Source: an uncultured Gemmatimonadota bacterium (GTDB lineage Bacteria; JAAXHH01). Taken from it: 64,000 nucleotides of DNA. The notes beneath the pieces are model-generated. The model was not told the origin of the DNA. It saw only the letters and a list, made by a program, of their open reading frames with translations, and did not search any database. Numbering within the stretch: position 1 is the first letter of the stretch; every line of letters begins with the position of its first letter. The DNA is taken from positions 928,001-992,000 of the forward strand of contig OX638340.1 in the NCBI GenBank assembly GCA_951812955.1, written 5' to 3'. Below, one piece after another: positions 9,455 to 18,737 of the stretch. The translations under genes were made by a program, and so were the position numbers.

Positions 9455-10744
9455 ATGGCCAGAAAAAAGCAAGCTGCCAGAAAAAAGCAAGCTGAAGGAA
9501 GTAAAAAAGCAGCAGTTAAAAACAATCGAGCCATCGGGATGGCGGACACCATAGACGAATTGAAAAAGACGCTCGGTAGCACCGGTCCGGCCGAGGTGGA
9601 CAACGAGGAATACTGGCGCGCCGTGCGGGCCCAGTTTCCGTACAATGGTTCGATACGATACACCAATAACGGGACGATAGGCATCCTGCCCCACATGGTC
9701 CTGCAGGCCCAGATCGCCACCCTGAAGGAGGCGGAGGTTCAGGATGGGGATACCGGGGGCGTCGCCTATCCCGCTCCCCACGAAGCCCACGGGAAGCTGG
9801 CCGCGCTGATCAACGCGGATCCCAGCGAGGTCGCCATTACGCGGAATTCGACCGAGAGCATGAACATCATCGCCCTCGGACTCGACCTGAAACCGGAAGA
9901 CGAGATCCTGACCACGACGCACGAGCATTACGGCGGCTGGTCCTGCTGGCAGCATCGGCACGCCCTCTTCGGAAACCCGATCCGGAAACTCGACCTATAC
10001 GATCCGCCTGAAGACGAAGACGAGATCGTGGGGCTGATCGAAGAAGCCATTCGGCCGGAAACCCGCGTGCTCAGTTTCTGCCATGTCACCTGCACCACGG
10101 CCTGGCGCCTGCCCGTCAAGAAGATCTGCGCGATGGCCCGCAAGCGGGGGCTTATTACGGTCGTCGACGGCGCCCAGTCTGTGGGCATGATCGCGGTCGA
10201 CGTGAAGGACCTAGGCGGTGATTTCTACGTAAGCAGCACGCACAAATGGCTTTTTACGCCCAAAGGTACGGGCCTGTTGTACGTGGATGAGGCGGCACAG
10301 GACACGATCACGCTGGGTTACTACTCCGGAGGCGGCCGGCTGACGGCGAGGCGTTTCGAGAACAACGCGAGCCAGAGCTACGCGCCGTTCGTGGGGTTCG
10401 CCTTGGCCGTGGATTTCCACAACGCCATCGGTACCAGTCTGATCGAGGACCGCGGCGCGGCCATGGCGAAGTGGCTCAAGACCCGTCTTTCCGATATACC
10501 CGGCGTCCGTGTGTGGACACCCATGAGCCGCGGGCTGTCCGCATCCATGGTTTCCTTCTCCATCGCCGGCATGACCTCCTCCGACGTGGGTACGCCGCTC
10601 AGGGAACGGTACCGTATACACAGCCGCGGCCTGCACGAAGGCGGATATCACGGCGCCCGCATTTCCTGCGCCATGCACAACAGTTATGATGAGATGGAGC
10701 AAGTCGTTAGCGCCGTGCAAGAAATCGCGGCGAACCGGTGCTGA
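9455..10744 (+). CDS. Class V PLP-dependent aminotransferase with a lysine-rich N-terminal extension
   Basis: SSTHKW PLP-lysine motif. A GGAG Shine-Dalgarno lies 9 nt upstream of the ATG at 9455; alternative start at 9539. The N-terminus carries an in-frame 18-bp duplication (ARKKQA x2). Confidence 0.7.
   Translation: MARKKQAARKKQAEGSKKAAVKNNRAIGMADTIDELKKTLGSTGPAEVDNEEYWRAVRAQFPYNGSIRYTNNGTIGILPHMVLQAQIATLKEAEVQDGDTGGVAYPAPHEAHGKLAALINADPSEVAITRNSTESMNIIALGLDLKPEDEILTTTHEHYGGWSCWQHRHALFGNPIRKLDLYDPPEDEDEIVGLIEEAIRPETRVLSFCHVTCTTAWRLPVKKICAMARKRGLITVVDGAQSVGMIAVDVKDLGGDFYVSSTHKWLFTPKGTGLLYVDEAAQDTITLGYYSGGGRLTARRFENNASQSYAPFVGFALAVDFHNAIGTSLIEDRGAAMAKWLKTRLSDIPGVRVWTPMSRGLSASMVSFSIAGMTSSDVGTPLRERYRIHSRGLHEGGYHGARISCAMHNSYDEMEQVVSAVQEIAANRC
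9459..9494 (+). repeat. Perfect 18-bp tandem duplication ccagaaaaaagcaagctg x2 inside coding sequence
   Basis: Read from the sequence. It encodes a duplicated RKKQAA segment. Confidence 0.9.
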
Positions 10745-10808
10745 ATCCGAGTTCATTCCAGAACCCGCGGCTATCCATACGCGGGCTCACTCAGCGGGAG
10801 AACGGATC

Positions 10809-12518
10809 ATGTCCGATACTGTACTTACCATAAAAGCACTGAAGGATCAATTGGGCGAGAAGTTCGCGGAGAACGTCGTCCTTCGGATTAAGCGCGACGG
10901 AGAATACGTTGAATTCACTGGAGGAGAAGCGGCTCGACGTGCCGACGCGCTCGCCGGACTGCTGTCCTCCCTCGGGTTGCAGCCCGGCGACCGGGTCGCG
11001 CTGCTGGCGGACAACCAGCCCGAGTGGGGCGTCACCTACCTGGCCATCGTGGGACACGGGATGACGGCCGTTCCCATCGACCGCCTGTTGAAACCCGGTG
11101 AATACCAGCGGATTCTCGAGGATTCCGGGACCCGGGCGATCGTCGTGTCGGACGCCTTCCGCGATGAGTTCCATTCCATTGCGGGCTCGCTGCCCGAGCT
11201 GAAGCACGTGCTGAGTCTTGAAGAAGTCATGGCCAGCGAGACAGGTGCTCCTGCGCCGGACAACCCGGTCAGCCCGGACGATCTGGCCGTTCTGATCTAT
11301 ACCTCGGGCACTACCGGACAGCCCAAGGGCGTGATGCTTTCCCACCGGAATATCATGTCCAACGTGGTGGCCGCCAGCCAGGTCATCTCCATTTCATCCG
11401 ACGACAGCTTCGTTTCGGTACTCCCCCTTCACCACACTTTCGAATGCACCGCCGGGTTCCTCGCGCCGATATACAACGGCGCCATGGTTTCCTACGTGGG
11501 CAGCCTCAAGTCACGGGACATCGTCGATACGATGAAGGACTCCAAGGCGACCATCATGCTGGCGGTCCCGCTGCTTTACGAGAAGATGTTCCAGGGAATC
11601 ATGCGCAAGGTAGGCTCACAGCCCGCCGTCACGCGGACGGTGTTCAATCTTTTGATGGGCGCGGTGAAACTGGGCGAGAAGTTCAACAAGCGCATGGGGA
11701 CGGCCCTGTTCAGAAGCCTGCGCGACAAGGGCGGACTCGGGACCATCCGGTTCTTCGTGTCCGGCGCCGCCGCGCTTCCGCCTGAAGTGGCCACGGGATT
11801 CGATCGCCTGGGCCTTCGCATCCTGCAGGGTTACGGACTCACGGAAACCTCGCCGGTCGTTTCGGTACATCGCGTGGAGCAACCACCCAAACCCGATTCC
11901 GTCGGACCGCCCCTAAACGGCGTGGAAGTGGAAGTCGTGGACCCGGACGAAACGGGCGTGGGTGAACTCATCGTCCGGGGAGACAACGTGATGCTGGGCT
12001 ATTACAACAACCCGGAGGCCACGGCGGAGGTGCTCAAGGACGGAGCGCTGTACACCGGCGATTCGGGATGGATCGACGAGGAAGGACACCTGCACATTGC
12101 GGGGCGCCTGAAGAACGTGATCGTTACCCGGGCAGGCAAGAACATCTATCCCGAAGAAATCGAGGGGGAACTCGTCCTCAGTCCCTATATCGCCGAGGTG
12201 CTCGTCTTCGGCGCCGAAGTCCCGGACACAGGGGAAGAATACGTACGGGCGGTCGTTGTCCCCGATTTCGAGTACCTGGAAGAGGAAGGCACGCCGAACG
12301 ACGACGAAACCCTGAACACGCTCATAAACAAGGAAGTGCGGGACCGGTGCGGAAACCTTGCGGACTACAAGCGGGTCCGGGAAGTGGAGATCCGCAGGGA
12401 GGAGTTCTCCAAGACCTCGACACGCAAGATCAAGCGGTTTCTCTTCCAATCCGGACAGTCCGCACAGTCCGAGCAGTCCGGACAGGCGGCCCCGTCAGAA
12501 GAAGCTGACGGCCAATAG
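10809..12518 (+). CDS. Long-chain fatty acid-CoA ligase (AMP-dependent synthetase/ligase)
   Basis: YTSGTTGQPKGV AMP-binding motif and full-length FadD-like architecture. The C-terminal QSGQSAQSEQSGQ tail is encoded by a short tandem repeat. Confidence 0.8.
   Translation: MSDTVLTIKALKDQLGEKFAENVVLRIKRDGEYVEFTGGEAARRADALAGLLSSLGLQPGDRVALLADNQPEWGVTYLAIVGHGMTAVPIDRLLKPGEYQRILEDSGTRAIVVSDAFRDEFHSIAGSLPELKHVLSLEEVMASETGAPAPDNPVSPDDLAVLIYTSGTTGQPKGVMLSHRNIMSNVVAASQVISISSDDSFVSVLPLHHTFECTAGFLAPIYNGAMVSYVGSLKSRDIVDTMKDSKATIMLAVPLLYEKMFQGIMRKVGSQPAVTRTVFNLLMGAVKLGEKFNKRMGTALFRSLRDKGGLGTIRFFVSGAAALPPEVATGFDRLGLRILQGYGLTETSPVVSVHRVEQPPKPDSVGPPLNGVEVEVVDPDETGVGELIVRGDNVMLGYYNNPEATAEVLKDGALYTGDSGWIDEEGHLHIAGRLKNVIVTRAGKNIYPEEIEGELVLSPYIAEVLVFGAEVPDTGEEYVRAVVVPDFEYLEEEGTPNDDETLNTLINKEVRDRCGNLADYKRVREVEIRREEFSKTSTRKIKRFLFQSGQSAQSEQSGQAAPSEEADGQ
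12453..12486 (+). repeat. Short tandem repeat (cagtccg-type units) encoding the low-complexity C-terminal tail of the acyl-CoA ligase
   Basis: Read from the sequence: ggacagtccgcacagtccgagcagtccggacag. Confidence 0.8.
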
Positions 12519-12552
12519 GAGACACCGCGACGGCAGGGCGGAATCGCGATCG

Positions 12553-13554
12553 ATGGATAAAATGGAGCAATCAGGTTCAGATCCGGTGCCGCCTTCCCCG
12601 AAGGACGCGCTCTCTGATACCCCGTTACGTATCGATGCGGGACAGCAGAGAACGCATTGGCGACGCCCTGCCATCCTTTTCGCCTGTACCTTCCTTACCA
12701 CCCTTGTTTCCGGTACGATCATGGAGCACCCCGCCGTGCCGCCGCTGGTGGTGCTTTTCACCCTGTTGAGCGTCCCGTCGCTTCTCCTGGACGGCCTGCC
12801 CTTTTCCCTGTCGGTACTCGGTATACTCATGGCCCACGAGATGGGCCACTATCTCTACGCCAGGTGGTATGGCGTCCATACCTCCCTCCCCCATTTCATC
12901 CCCTCGCCCTTCGTCTTCATCACGCCGAATCCGGGCACCTTCGGCGCCGTCATCGTCACGAAGGCGCCTTACCCGAACAGGCAAGCGCTGATGGACATCG
13001 GCGCCGCCGGACCTATCGCCGGTTTCATCGTGGCCGTCCCGATCATGGCCTACAGTCTCGTCGGAGCCAGGGTGGATCTCGTCCCCGGCGAGGGAGAGGG
13101 CCTTTACCTTGGCGAACCCCTGGTGTTTCAGGCGCTCGCATACCTGATACACGGCCCGCTGCCCGAGAACTATACCATTTACCTTGATTCCGTTGGCCTT
13201 GCGGCATGGTTCGGCTGCCTGGTGACCATGCTCAACCTGCTGCCGGTGGGACAATTGGACGGCGGCCATATTCTGTACGCGTTCACGGGTGGCGCGGTCC
13301 GGAGCAGGCGTCTCCAGCGGAACCTTACGATCGCGAGTTTCCTGGCACTGGCGGTGCTAGGTATGTATTCGCCGGGTTGGTGGGTTTTCGGGGCGCTGCT
13401 GCTGCTCATGGGCAGGTTCAGCGGCTTCAGGCACCCCGCGCCGATCGACGATGCCGCGCCGCTTCCCAGGCACAGCAAGTGGCTGGGCTGGCTCGCGGTC
13501 CTGGTCTTTATTCAGACCTGCATGCCGGTGCCGATCTCGTTTACGGGACCGTAG
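12553..13554 (+). CDS. M50 family site-2 protease (membrane zinc metalloprotease)
   Basis: HEMGH zinc motif within a TM helix plus an LDGG motif; multi-pass membrane composition. Confidence 0.75.
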   Translation: MDKMEQSGSDPVPPSPKDALSDTPLRIDAGQQRTHWRRPAILFACTFLTTLVSGTIMEHPAVPPLVVLFTLLSVPSLLLDGLPFSLSVLGILMAHEMGHYLYARWYGVHTSLPHFIPSPFVFITPNPGTFGAVIVTKAPYPNRQALMDIGAAGPIAGFIVAVPIMAYSLVGARVDLVPGEGEGLYLGEPLVFQALAYLIHGPLPENYTIYLDSVGLAAWFGCLVTMLNLLPVGQLDGGHILYAFTGGAVRSRRLQRNLTIASFLALAVLGMYSPGWWVFGALLLLMGRFSGFRHPAPIDDAAPLPRHSKWLGWLAVLVFIQTCMPVPISFTGP

Positions 13555-13609
13555 GATGATCGTCGCGTCGCGGGACGGCGTTGAGGTGGGTAGGGGATCG
13601 GCGCGGGGA

Positions 13610-14383
13610 TCAACTGATCAGTAGCCGTTCCAGTTTCTTGTGGATTCGTTCGTCGTCCCCGTCGATACGATGGGCCTTGAGCAATTCGTCGATCGCCCGG
13701 GCGTTTTCCCCCATGATCTCGAAAATGGATCCCAGTGCGTAGTGGGCCGCGAAATTGGTAGCGTCGAGTTCGAGGGCCTTCTGGTACTCACCGATCGCGA
13801 AGTCCCATTTCTCCTGACGGACGTAGATTTCCGCGAGACTCATATGGACTTCCGAAACATCACCATCCCAGCGTAACGCTTCCCGGTATGAGACGACGGC
13901 TTCATCGTACATCGTGCGCCGTTTGTACACCATGCCCAGGAGTTTGTATGCGTCGCCGTTCCGAGGTGATCTGCGGATGACTTCCCGGAAGCAGTTGGTC
14001 GCTTTTTCGAATTCGCCGAGATAGCAGTAGATTCTACCAAGATCCTGAAAAAGGACATCGGTGCGATACCCGCCTTCGAGGGCGTTCAGCATGTATCCGC
14101 GGGCTTCGCTGTAGCATTCCTGCTTCATGTAGATCAGGCCGATATCATACTGTACCGCAACTTTCTTCGGATACTCCCTGGCACACTTGCTGAGCCACTC
14201 GAAGGCCTCACTCGTGCGGCCGGTATACATGAGCCCAAGGCCAAGGCCCCGCAGGGTCCAGTAGTCGGTCTGGTGTTGCTCCAGGCGCTCGAAGCAAAGG
14301 CGCACAATGGTTTCGTAGTCCTTCTTCGCCAGGAGGAGCTTGAGCTTATGAGACCAAAACCACATATTTGTTTTCTCTTCCAA
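13610..14383 (-). CDS. Tetratricopeptide (TPR) repeat protein
   Basis: Repeated 34-residue A/Y/L-rich helical motifs (AxxYxxLGxxY...). Confidence 0.7.
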   Translation of the reverse strand: MEEKTNMWFWSHKLKLLLAKKDYETIVRLCFERLEQHQTDYWTLRGLGLGLMYTGRTSEAFEWLSKCAREYPKKVAVQYDIGLIYMKQECYSEARGYMLNALEGGYRTDVLFQDLGRIYCYLGEFEKATNCFREVIRRSPRNGDAYKLLGMVYKRRTMYDEAVVSYREALRWDGDVSEVHMSLAEIYVRQEKWDFAIGEYQKALELDATNFAAHYALGSIFEIMGENARAIDELLKAHRIDGDDERIHKKLERLLIS

Positions 14384-14575
14384 AAACGGCCGGTACCTTC
14401 GAGGGGATTAGATCCCGGGGTATCGGGCCGAGCGAAATCCTCGTCCCGACACTTTAAATATACGGCCGGCGGCCAGGGGTGTCAAGCGGTGGGGACGGAC
14501 CGGAACCTGGGTGACTTCATGGTACGAACAGGTGGATTCACCCACCCTGAAACCTGGTTGGGGAGCACTGGATAA

Positions 14576-15193
14576 ATGACCGATAGAGATGAGGTTACGG
14601 GCGTCATCCTCGCGGGAGGAATGAGCAGCCGATTCGGTTCCAACAAGGCGCTGAGCAGGTTTGATGGAGAACGGTTGATCCTCCGGCTGTGCAAGAGGGT
14701 GGGCGCAGTGACGGACCGGATGGCACTGATCACAAATACGCCGGAAGAATACGCCTTTCTGAACCTGGATTCCCGGAAGGACCTGGTACCCCGATGTGGT
14801 CCTATCGGCGGCATCTACACCGCGCTCAAAACGGCTGAAACTCCACTGTGCCTGTGTGTCGCGTGCGACATGCCCTTCATCAGGCCGGCACTGCTGGAGT
14901 ACATGGTCGAAAGGTCGCCAGGGTACGACGTGATCGTCCCCGTACAAGACGGCCGCGAGGAACCGCTGTGTGCGGTTTACCGGAACACCTGCGTCCCGGC
15001 GATCGACAACCGGATCCAGGCAGGGAAGTACAGGATTACCGGGTTTTTCAACGAGGTTCGCGTCCTTCGCGTCGCTTTGGAAGACGCGGGGATCCATGAT
15101 GCGGATATGTTCTTCAACATCAACCGGCCGGAGGACTATGACGAGGCGTTGAAACGGCTGAACCGGCCGGAGGATCGGCGGTCGTCGCAGTGA
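14576..15193 (+). CDS. mobA: Molybdenum cofactor guanylyltransferase MobA
   Basis: GVILAGGMSSRFG nucleotide-binding motif; about 200 aa, MobA-like. Confidence 0.72.
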   Translation: MTDRDEVTGVILAGGMSSRFGSNKALSRFDGERLILRLCKRVGAVTDRMALITNTPEEYAFLNLDSRKDLVPRCGPIGGIYTALKTAETPLCLCVACDMPFIRPALLEYMVERSPGYDVIVPVQDGREEPLCAVYRNTCVPAIDNRIQAGKYRITGFFNEVRVLRVALEDAGIHDADMFFNINRPEDYDEALKRLNRPEDRRSSQ

Positions 15194-15311
15194 TCGCAGG
15201 GACCCGGGCACGGTGCGGAGGATTGCCGACGGACAGACCGGCACGGCCTTTCAAGGCGGATAGGCCGGAGTACCGGCCATTCCGGGCGGATAGGCTACCC
15301 GCCGGATCCGT

Positions 15312-15983
15312 CTACCCGCCCGATCGGCCCTCGATCAACAGGATGAATTCTCCCCTGAGCCGCCGGTCGCGGGTCTCCTCCAGCAGCCGGGACAGTGAAT
15401 GCCGGTCGATTTTCTCGTGAAGCTTCGTCAGTTCGTTCGCCAGAACCGCCCTGCGGTCTCCGAATACCTCCAGGGCGGCGGCGATGAGCGCGGGTACCCG
15501 GTGGGGACTCTCGAAATAGATCAGCGTATCTTCCCGTTCCACGTCCACTTCGAGATAGCGTCGCCGGGCTCCGGGTTTTCGGGGAGGAAATCCGCAGAAG
15601 GCGAAGCGATGCACGGGCAGGCCCGACAGGACCAGCGCCATAATCAACGCGCTCGGTCCCGGAGCCATGCTCACGGGGATTTCGGCCTGTACCGCAGCCC
15701 GTACCAGACGGTAACCAGGATCGGCGATTCCGGGCGTGCCCGCATCCGTGACCAGGGCAAGTTCCCGGCCCTTTTCAAGGAGCGAAAGCGCCCTGGTTAC
15801 GGCCCGTTGTTCGTTGTGTTCGTGATAGGCCATCTGCCGGGCGTTGATCCCGAAATGCTTGAGCAGGCGTCCGGTCCTGCGCGTATCTTCGCTGAGAACG
15901 ATATCCACGCCGCGCAGGATCTCCAGCGCCCTGAGCGTGATGTCGTCAAGATGGCCGATCGGCGTGGCTACAAGGTAGAGCAT
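15312..15983 (-). CDS. rsmI: 16S rRNA (cytidine1402-2'-O)-methyltransferase RsmI
   Basis: [23 protein letters not shown] tetrapyrrole-methylase-fold N-terminus characteristic of RsmI. Confidence 0.8.
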   Translation of the reverse strand: MLYLVATPIGHLDDITLRALEILRGVDIVLSEDTRRTGRLLKHFGINARQMAYHEHNEQRAVTRALSLLEKGRELALVTDAGTPGIADPGYRLVRAAVQAEIPVSMAPGPSALIMALVLSGLPVHRFAFCGFPPRKPGARRRYLEVDVEREDTLIYFESPHRVPALIAAALEVFGDRRAVLANELTKLHEKIDRHSLSRLLEETRDRRLRGEFILLIEGRSGG

Positions 15984-15986
15984 GAA

Positions 15987-17033
15987 TCAGTTCGACTGTT
16001 CGGGAAACGGCGCGCGTATGTCGTAGCGTCCGTGTATCTCCACGGGAAGTGTCCCCTCCTCTACCATGATGTCCAGTGGATTGTCTCCCGTCCGGAGCGG
16101 CAATTCGACCGCGTCGCGGATTCGCGCCGACTCGTAGATCGCCATCATGAGTTCCATGGTCAGGCGGGCCGTTCCGCCCTCGTTGCGGTGCGCATCGATG
16201 CGGCCGTCCAGCCAGGATATGAACTCGTCGTACTGGTCGGCCTCCACCGGCGGTGGCTGGATGGACTGCCAGTCGCTGGAATGCCGGTTCAACAACAGTA
16301 GGCTGCCCTCCGGACCGCGCTTCAAAATCCCCTCCGTCCCGTAAATGACGTCGCCCTGAAGGCCCGGTTCGGGCAGATCGCTTTCGTAGGTTCCCCTTAT
16401 CCCACCCTCGAAGGCGATGATCGCCGCGCACCGGTCCTCGCACCGCACCCGACGCTCCCACCGGTCCGTCTTGCGCGTCACCTGGCCGATCACCCAGATC
16501 GGTCTGGGGTCGCCCAGCACATACATCATTTCATCGAGTTCGTGGGTACCCCTGTTGAGCAGGCCGTGGGCGTCCCTGCGCAGCATGGCCGTGGGCGTTC
16601 CGATCGCGCCTTCCAGCACGAGGCGTCGCGCTTCCACGTTCTGCGGGGTGAACCGGCGCTGGTGACCGATTGCCAGCTTGACACCGTGTTCCGCGCAGGC
16701 TTCCAGCATGCGGTCGGCCTCGCCCAGACTGGACGCCATGGGCTTTTCGCCCAGGATTCCTACCACGCCCGACTCCGCCGCCGTCACGGTGATCTCGGCC
16801 CGGACGTTCTGCCATGTGGTGACGCTGACGATGTCACACGCCTCGCTCTCCAGCATGTGCTCGTAATCCGTGTAGGACTTCGCGCCGAATTCGCCGGCCA
16901 GTTTACGGGCGCTTCGCTCGTTGACGTCAGCGACCGCGACCACCTCGGTGTGCGTCTTCTGCGTCCAGTGGCGCGCATGAGAACCGCCCATGCCCCCGCT
17001 GCCTATGATGCCGACCCGATATGACCCGGTCAT
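15987..17033 (-). CDS. Gfo/Idh/MocA family NAD(P)-dependent oxidoreductase
   Basis: N-terminal Rossmann GIIGSGGMG motif and Gfo/Idh/MocA C-terminal domain. Confidence 0.8.
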   Translation of the reverse strand: MTGSYRVGIIGSGGMGGSHARHWTQKTHTEVVAVADVNERSARKLAGEFGAKSYTDYEHMLESEACDIVSVTTWQNVRAEITVTAAESGVVGILGEKPMASSLGEADRMLEACAEHGVKLAIGHQRRFTPQNVEARRLVLEGAIGTPTAMLRRDAHGLLNRGTHELDEMMYVLGDPRPIWVIGQVTRKTDRWERRVRCEDRCAAIIAFEGGIRGTYESDLPEPGLQGDVIYGTEGILKRGPEGSLLLLNRHSSDWQSIQPPPVEADQYDEFISWLDGRIDAHRNEGGTARLTMELMMAIYESARIRDAVELPLRTGDNPLDIMVEEGTLPVEIHGRYDIRAPFPEQSN

Positions 17034-17173
17034 GTATACTCCTTGAATACGGTCAGTTTCATGATCTCACGGCTCGACAGCGCGCCGTCCCGCGCAATTT
17101 ACTCCTTTCGCGACCGACCCGCAACCCCTGATTAGTAACGCCCGCGAGGTGGAATTCACGCCAACTTATTGTA

Positions 17174-17202
17174 TTGCACCGTGTCTGTATCGTCTGTATG
17201 AT
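17174..17202 (+). promoter_or_regulatory. Putative sigma70 promoter: TTGCAC, 17-nt spacer, TATGAT
   Basis: Near-consensus -35/-10 hexamers with a 17-nt spacer, about 24 nt upstream of the hemE-fusion start, in a divergent intergenic region. Confidence 0.4.
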
Positions 17203-17225
17203 AGATCTGGTCATCATGAGAAAGG

Positions 17226-18737
17226 ATGGACATGGACTATAATGGATTGCAGGTCGCGACGCTCGATGAGTCTCTGAGCGACGCCATTGCCGCGCGCGGT
17301 GGCAAACCTGTGGTATCCAGGGCGGACGACACGGAGAGCCTGGATTCCTTTCTTGAAAACCTGGCACGGGACGACATCGCCGTACTGTTACTGACAGAAC
17401 CTGAACATGTCCGTGCGTTGTTCGGTCGCGCGTCCGCAACAGGGCGCGTCGAGCCCCTGCTGGATGCAGTCAGGCAAATTGCCGTGGGTTCGGCGGGACC
17501 CGCGTGCACGAAAATCTGGAGAAACCACCATCTTTCCGTCGATTTCGAACCTGACGGGACCGGCGGAGAAGCACTCGTGTCGGGCATGGCGCGCCTCGCC
17601 GCATACCTGGTCAACAAGAAACGCACCGCCGTGGACAGTGGGGTGGACACCTCGCACTGGCAACGCATCGACATGCGGTGGCATTTCGAAAGCGATCCCT
17701 ACGGAACCCGGGGCGAGTCTGCCTTCCTCCGGGCGTGCCGCCGGGAACCGACGGAATATACGCCCGTATGGCTGCTGCGTCAGGCGGGCCGATACCAGCG
17801 GGCCTATCGGGAACTGAAATCCGACCTGGATTTCCTGGACATGTGCAAGACCCCGGAACTCACCGCCGAGATCACGTTGATGGCCGTAGAACGCCTGGGG
17901 GTGGACGCCGCCATCCTATTCGCAGACATCCTCCCGCTGCTGCAACCGATGGGCTTCCACCTGGAATACGTCAAGGGACAGGGACCCGTCATTCGCAATC
18001 CGATTCGGTCGGACCGGGCCGTGGATCAACTCGAGGAGGAAGGACCGGAATCCCAGCATTTCGTTTACGAGGCCATCCGCATGGCATTGCCGGCGCTTCC
18101 ACCCCATATCCCGCTCATCGGTTTTTCCGGCGCTCCATTCACCCTGGCCGCCTATGCCATCGAGGGGCAGAGTTCGCGGGACTTCAGGCGCGTCAAGACC
18201 TTCATGTATTCCGAACCGAGGGCCTGGCATGCCTTGATGGCGAAACTGGCGAGAACCGTCACGGCCTACCTCAACGAACAGATCGAGGCGGGCGTTCATG
18301 CCGTACAGTTATTCGACAGCTGGGCAGGCTGCCTTTCGCCCGATGATTACAGGACATTCGTCCTTCCCCATACCGGGTACGTCTTCTCCAATCTGCGCCC
18401 CGGCGTTCCTTCCATACATTTCGGGGTCTGCACCGGTTCTCTGCTCGATTTGATGCGGGAGGCGGGTGGTGAGGTCATCGGGCTGGATTGGCGCGTGGAC
18501 CTGTCCGAAGCATGGCAGGACCTTGAACACGAGGTGGCGGTCCAGGGAAACCTGGATCCCATGGTCCTCTTTTCGTCCCCCGATGTAATCCGCCAGCATG
18601 CGGCGACCGTCCTGCACAAGGCCGGGGGACGTCCCGGACATGTCTTCAACCTGGGTCACGGCATACTGCCCGGCACACCGGAAGACCACGTCATCGCGCT
18701 CGTGGACGCCGTGCATGAATTGGGAATCGCTCGATGA
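17226..18737 (+). CDS. hemE: Uroporphyrinogen decarboxylase HemE with an N-terminal extension of about 160 aa
   Basis: Residues from about 165 onward match HemE (FLRACRREPTEYTPVWLLRQAGRYQ...). The N-terminal 160 aa is an extra domain with weak HemD-like resemblance. Confidence 0.8.
   Translation: MDMDYNGLQVATLDESLSDAIAARGGKPVVSRADDTESLDSFLENLARDDIAVLLLTEPEHVRALFGRASATGRVEPLLDAVRQIAVGSAGPACTKIWRNHHLSVDFEPDGTGGEALVSGMARLAAYLVNKKRTAVDSGVDTSHWQRIDMRWHFESDPYGTRGESAFLRACRREPTEYTPVWLLRQAGRYQRAYRELKSDLDFLDMCKTPELTAEITLMAVERLGVDAAILFADILPLLQPMGFHLEYVKGQGPVIRNPIRSDRAVDQLEEEGPESQHFVYEAIRMALPALPPHIPLIGFSGAPFTLAAYAIEGQSSRDFRRVKTFMYSEPRAWHALMAKLARTVTAYLNEQIEAGVHAVQLFDSWAGCLSPDDYRTFVLPHTGYVFSNLRPGVPSIHFGVCTGSLLDLMREAGGEVIGLDWRVDLSEAWQDLEHEVAVQGNLDPMVLFSSPDVIRQHAATVLHKAGGRPGHVFNLGHGILPGTPEDHVIALVDAVHELGIAR

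Noticed and set aside
14480-14575. A possible structured 5' leader or riboswitch upstream of mobA (local inverted repeats gggtga...tcaccc).
   Set aside because: The resemblance to the Moco riboswitch cannot be verified by eye, and mobA is not a typical riboswitch-controlled gene.
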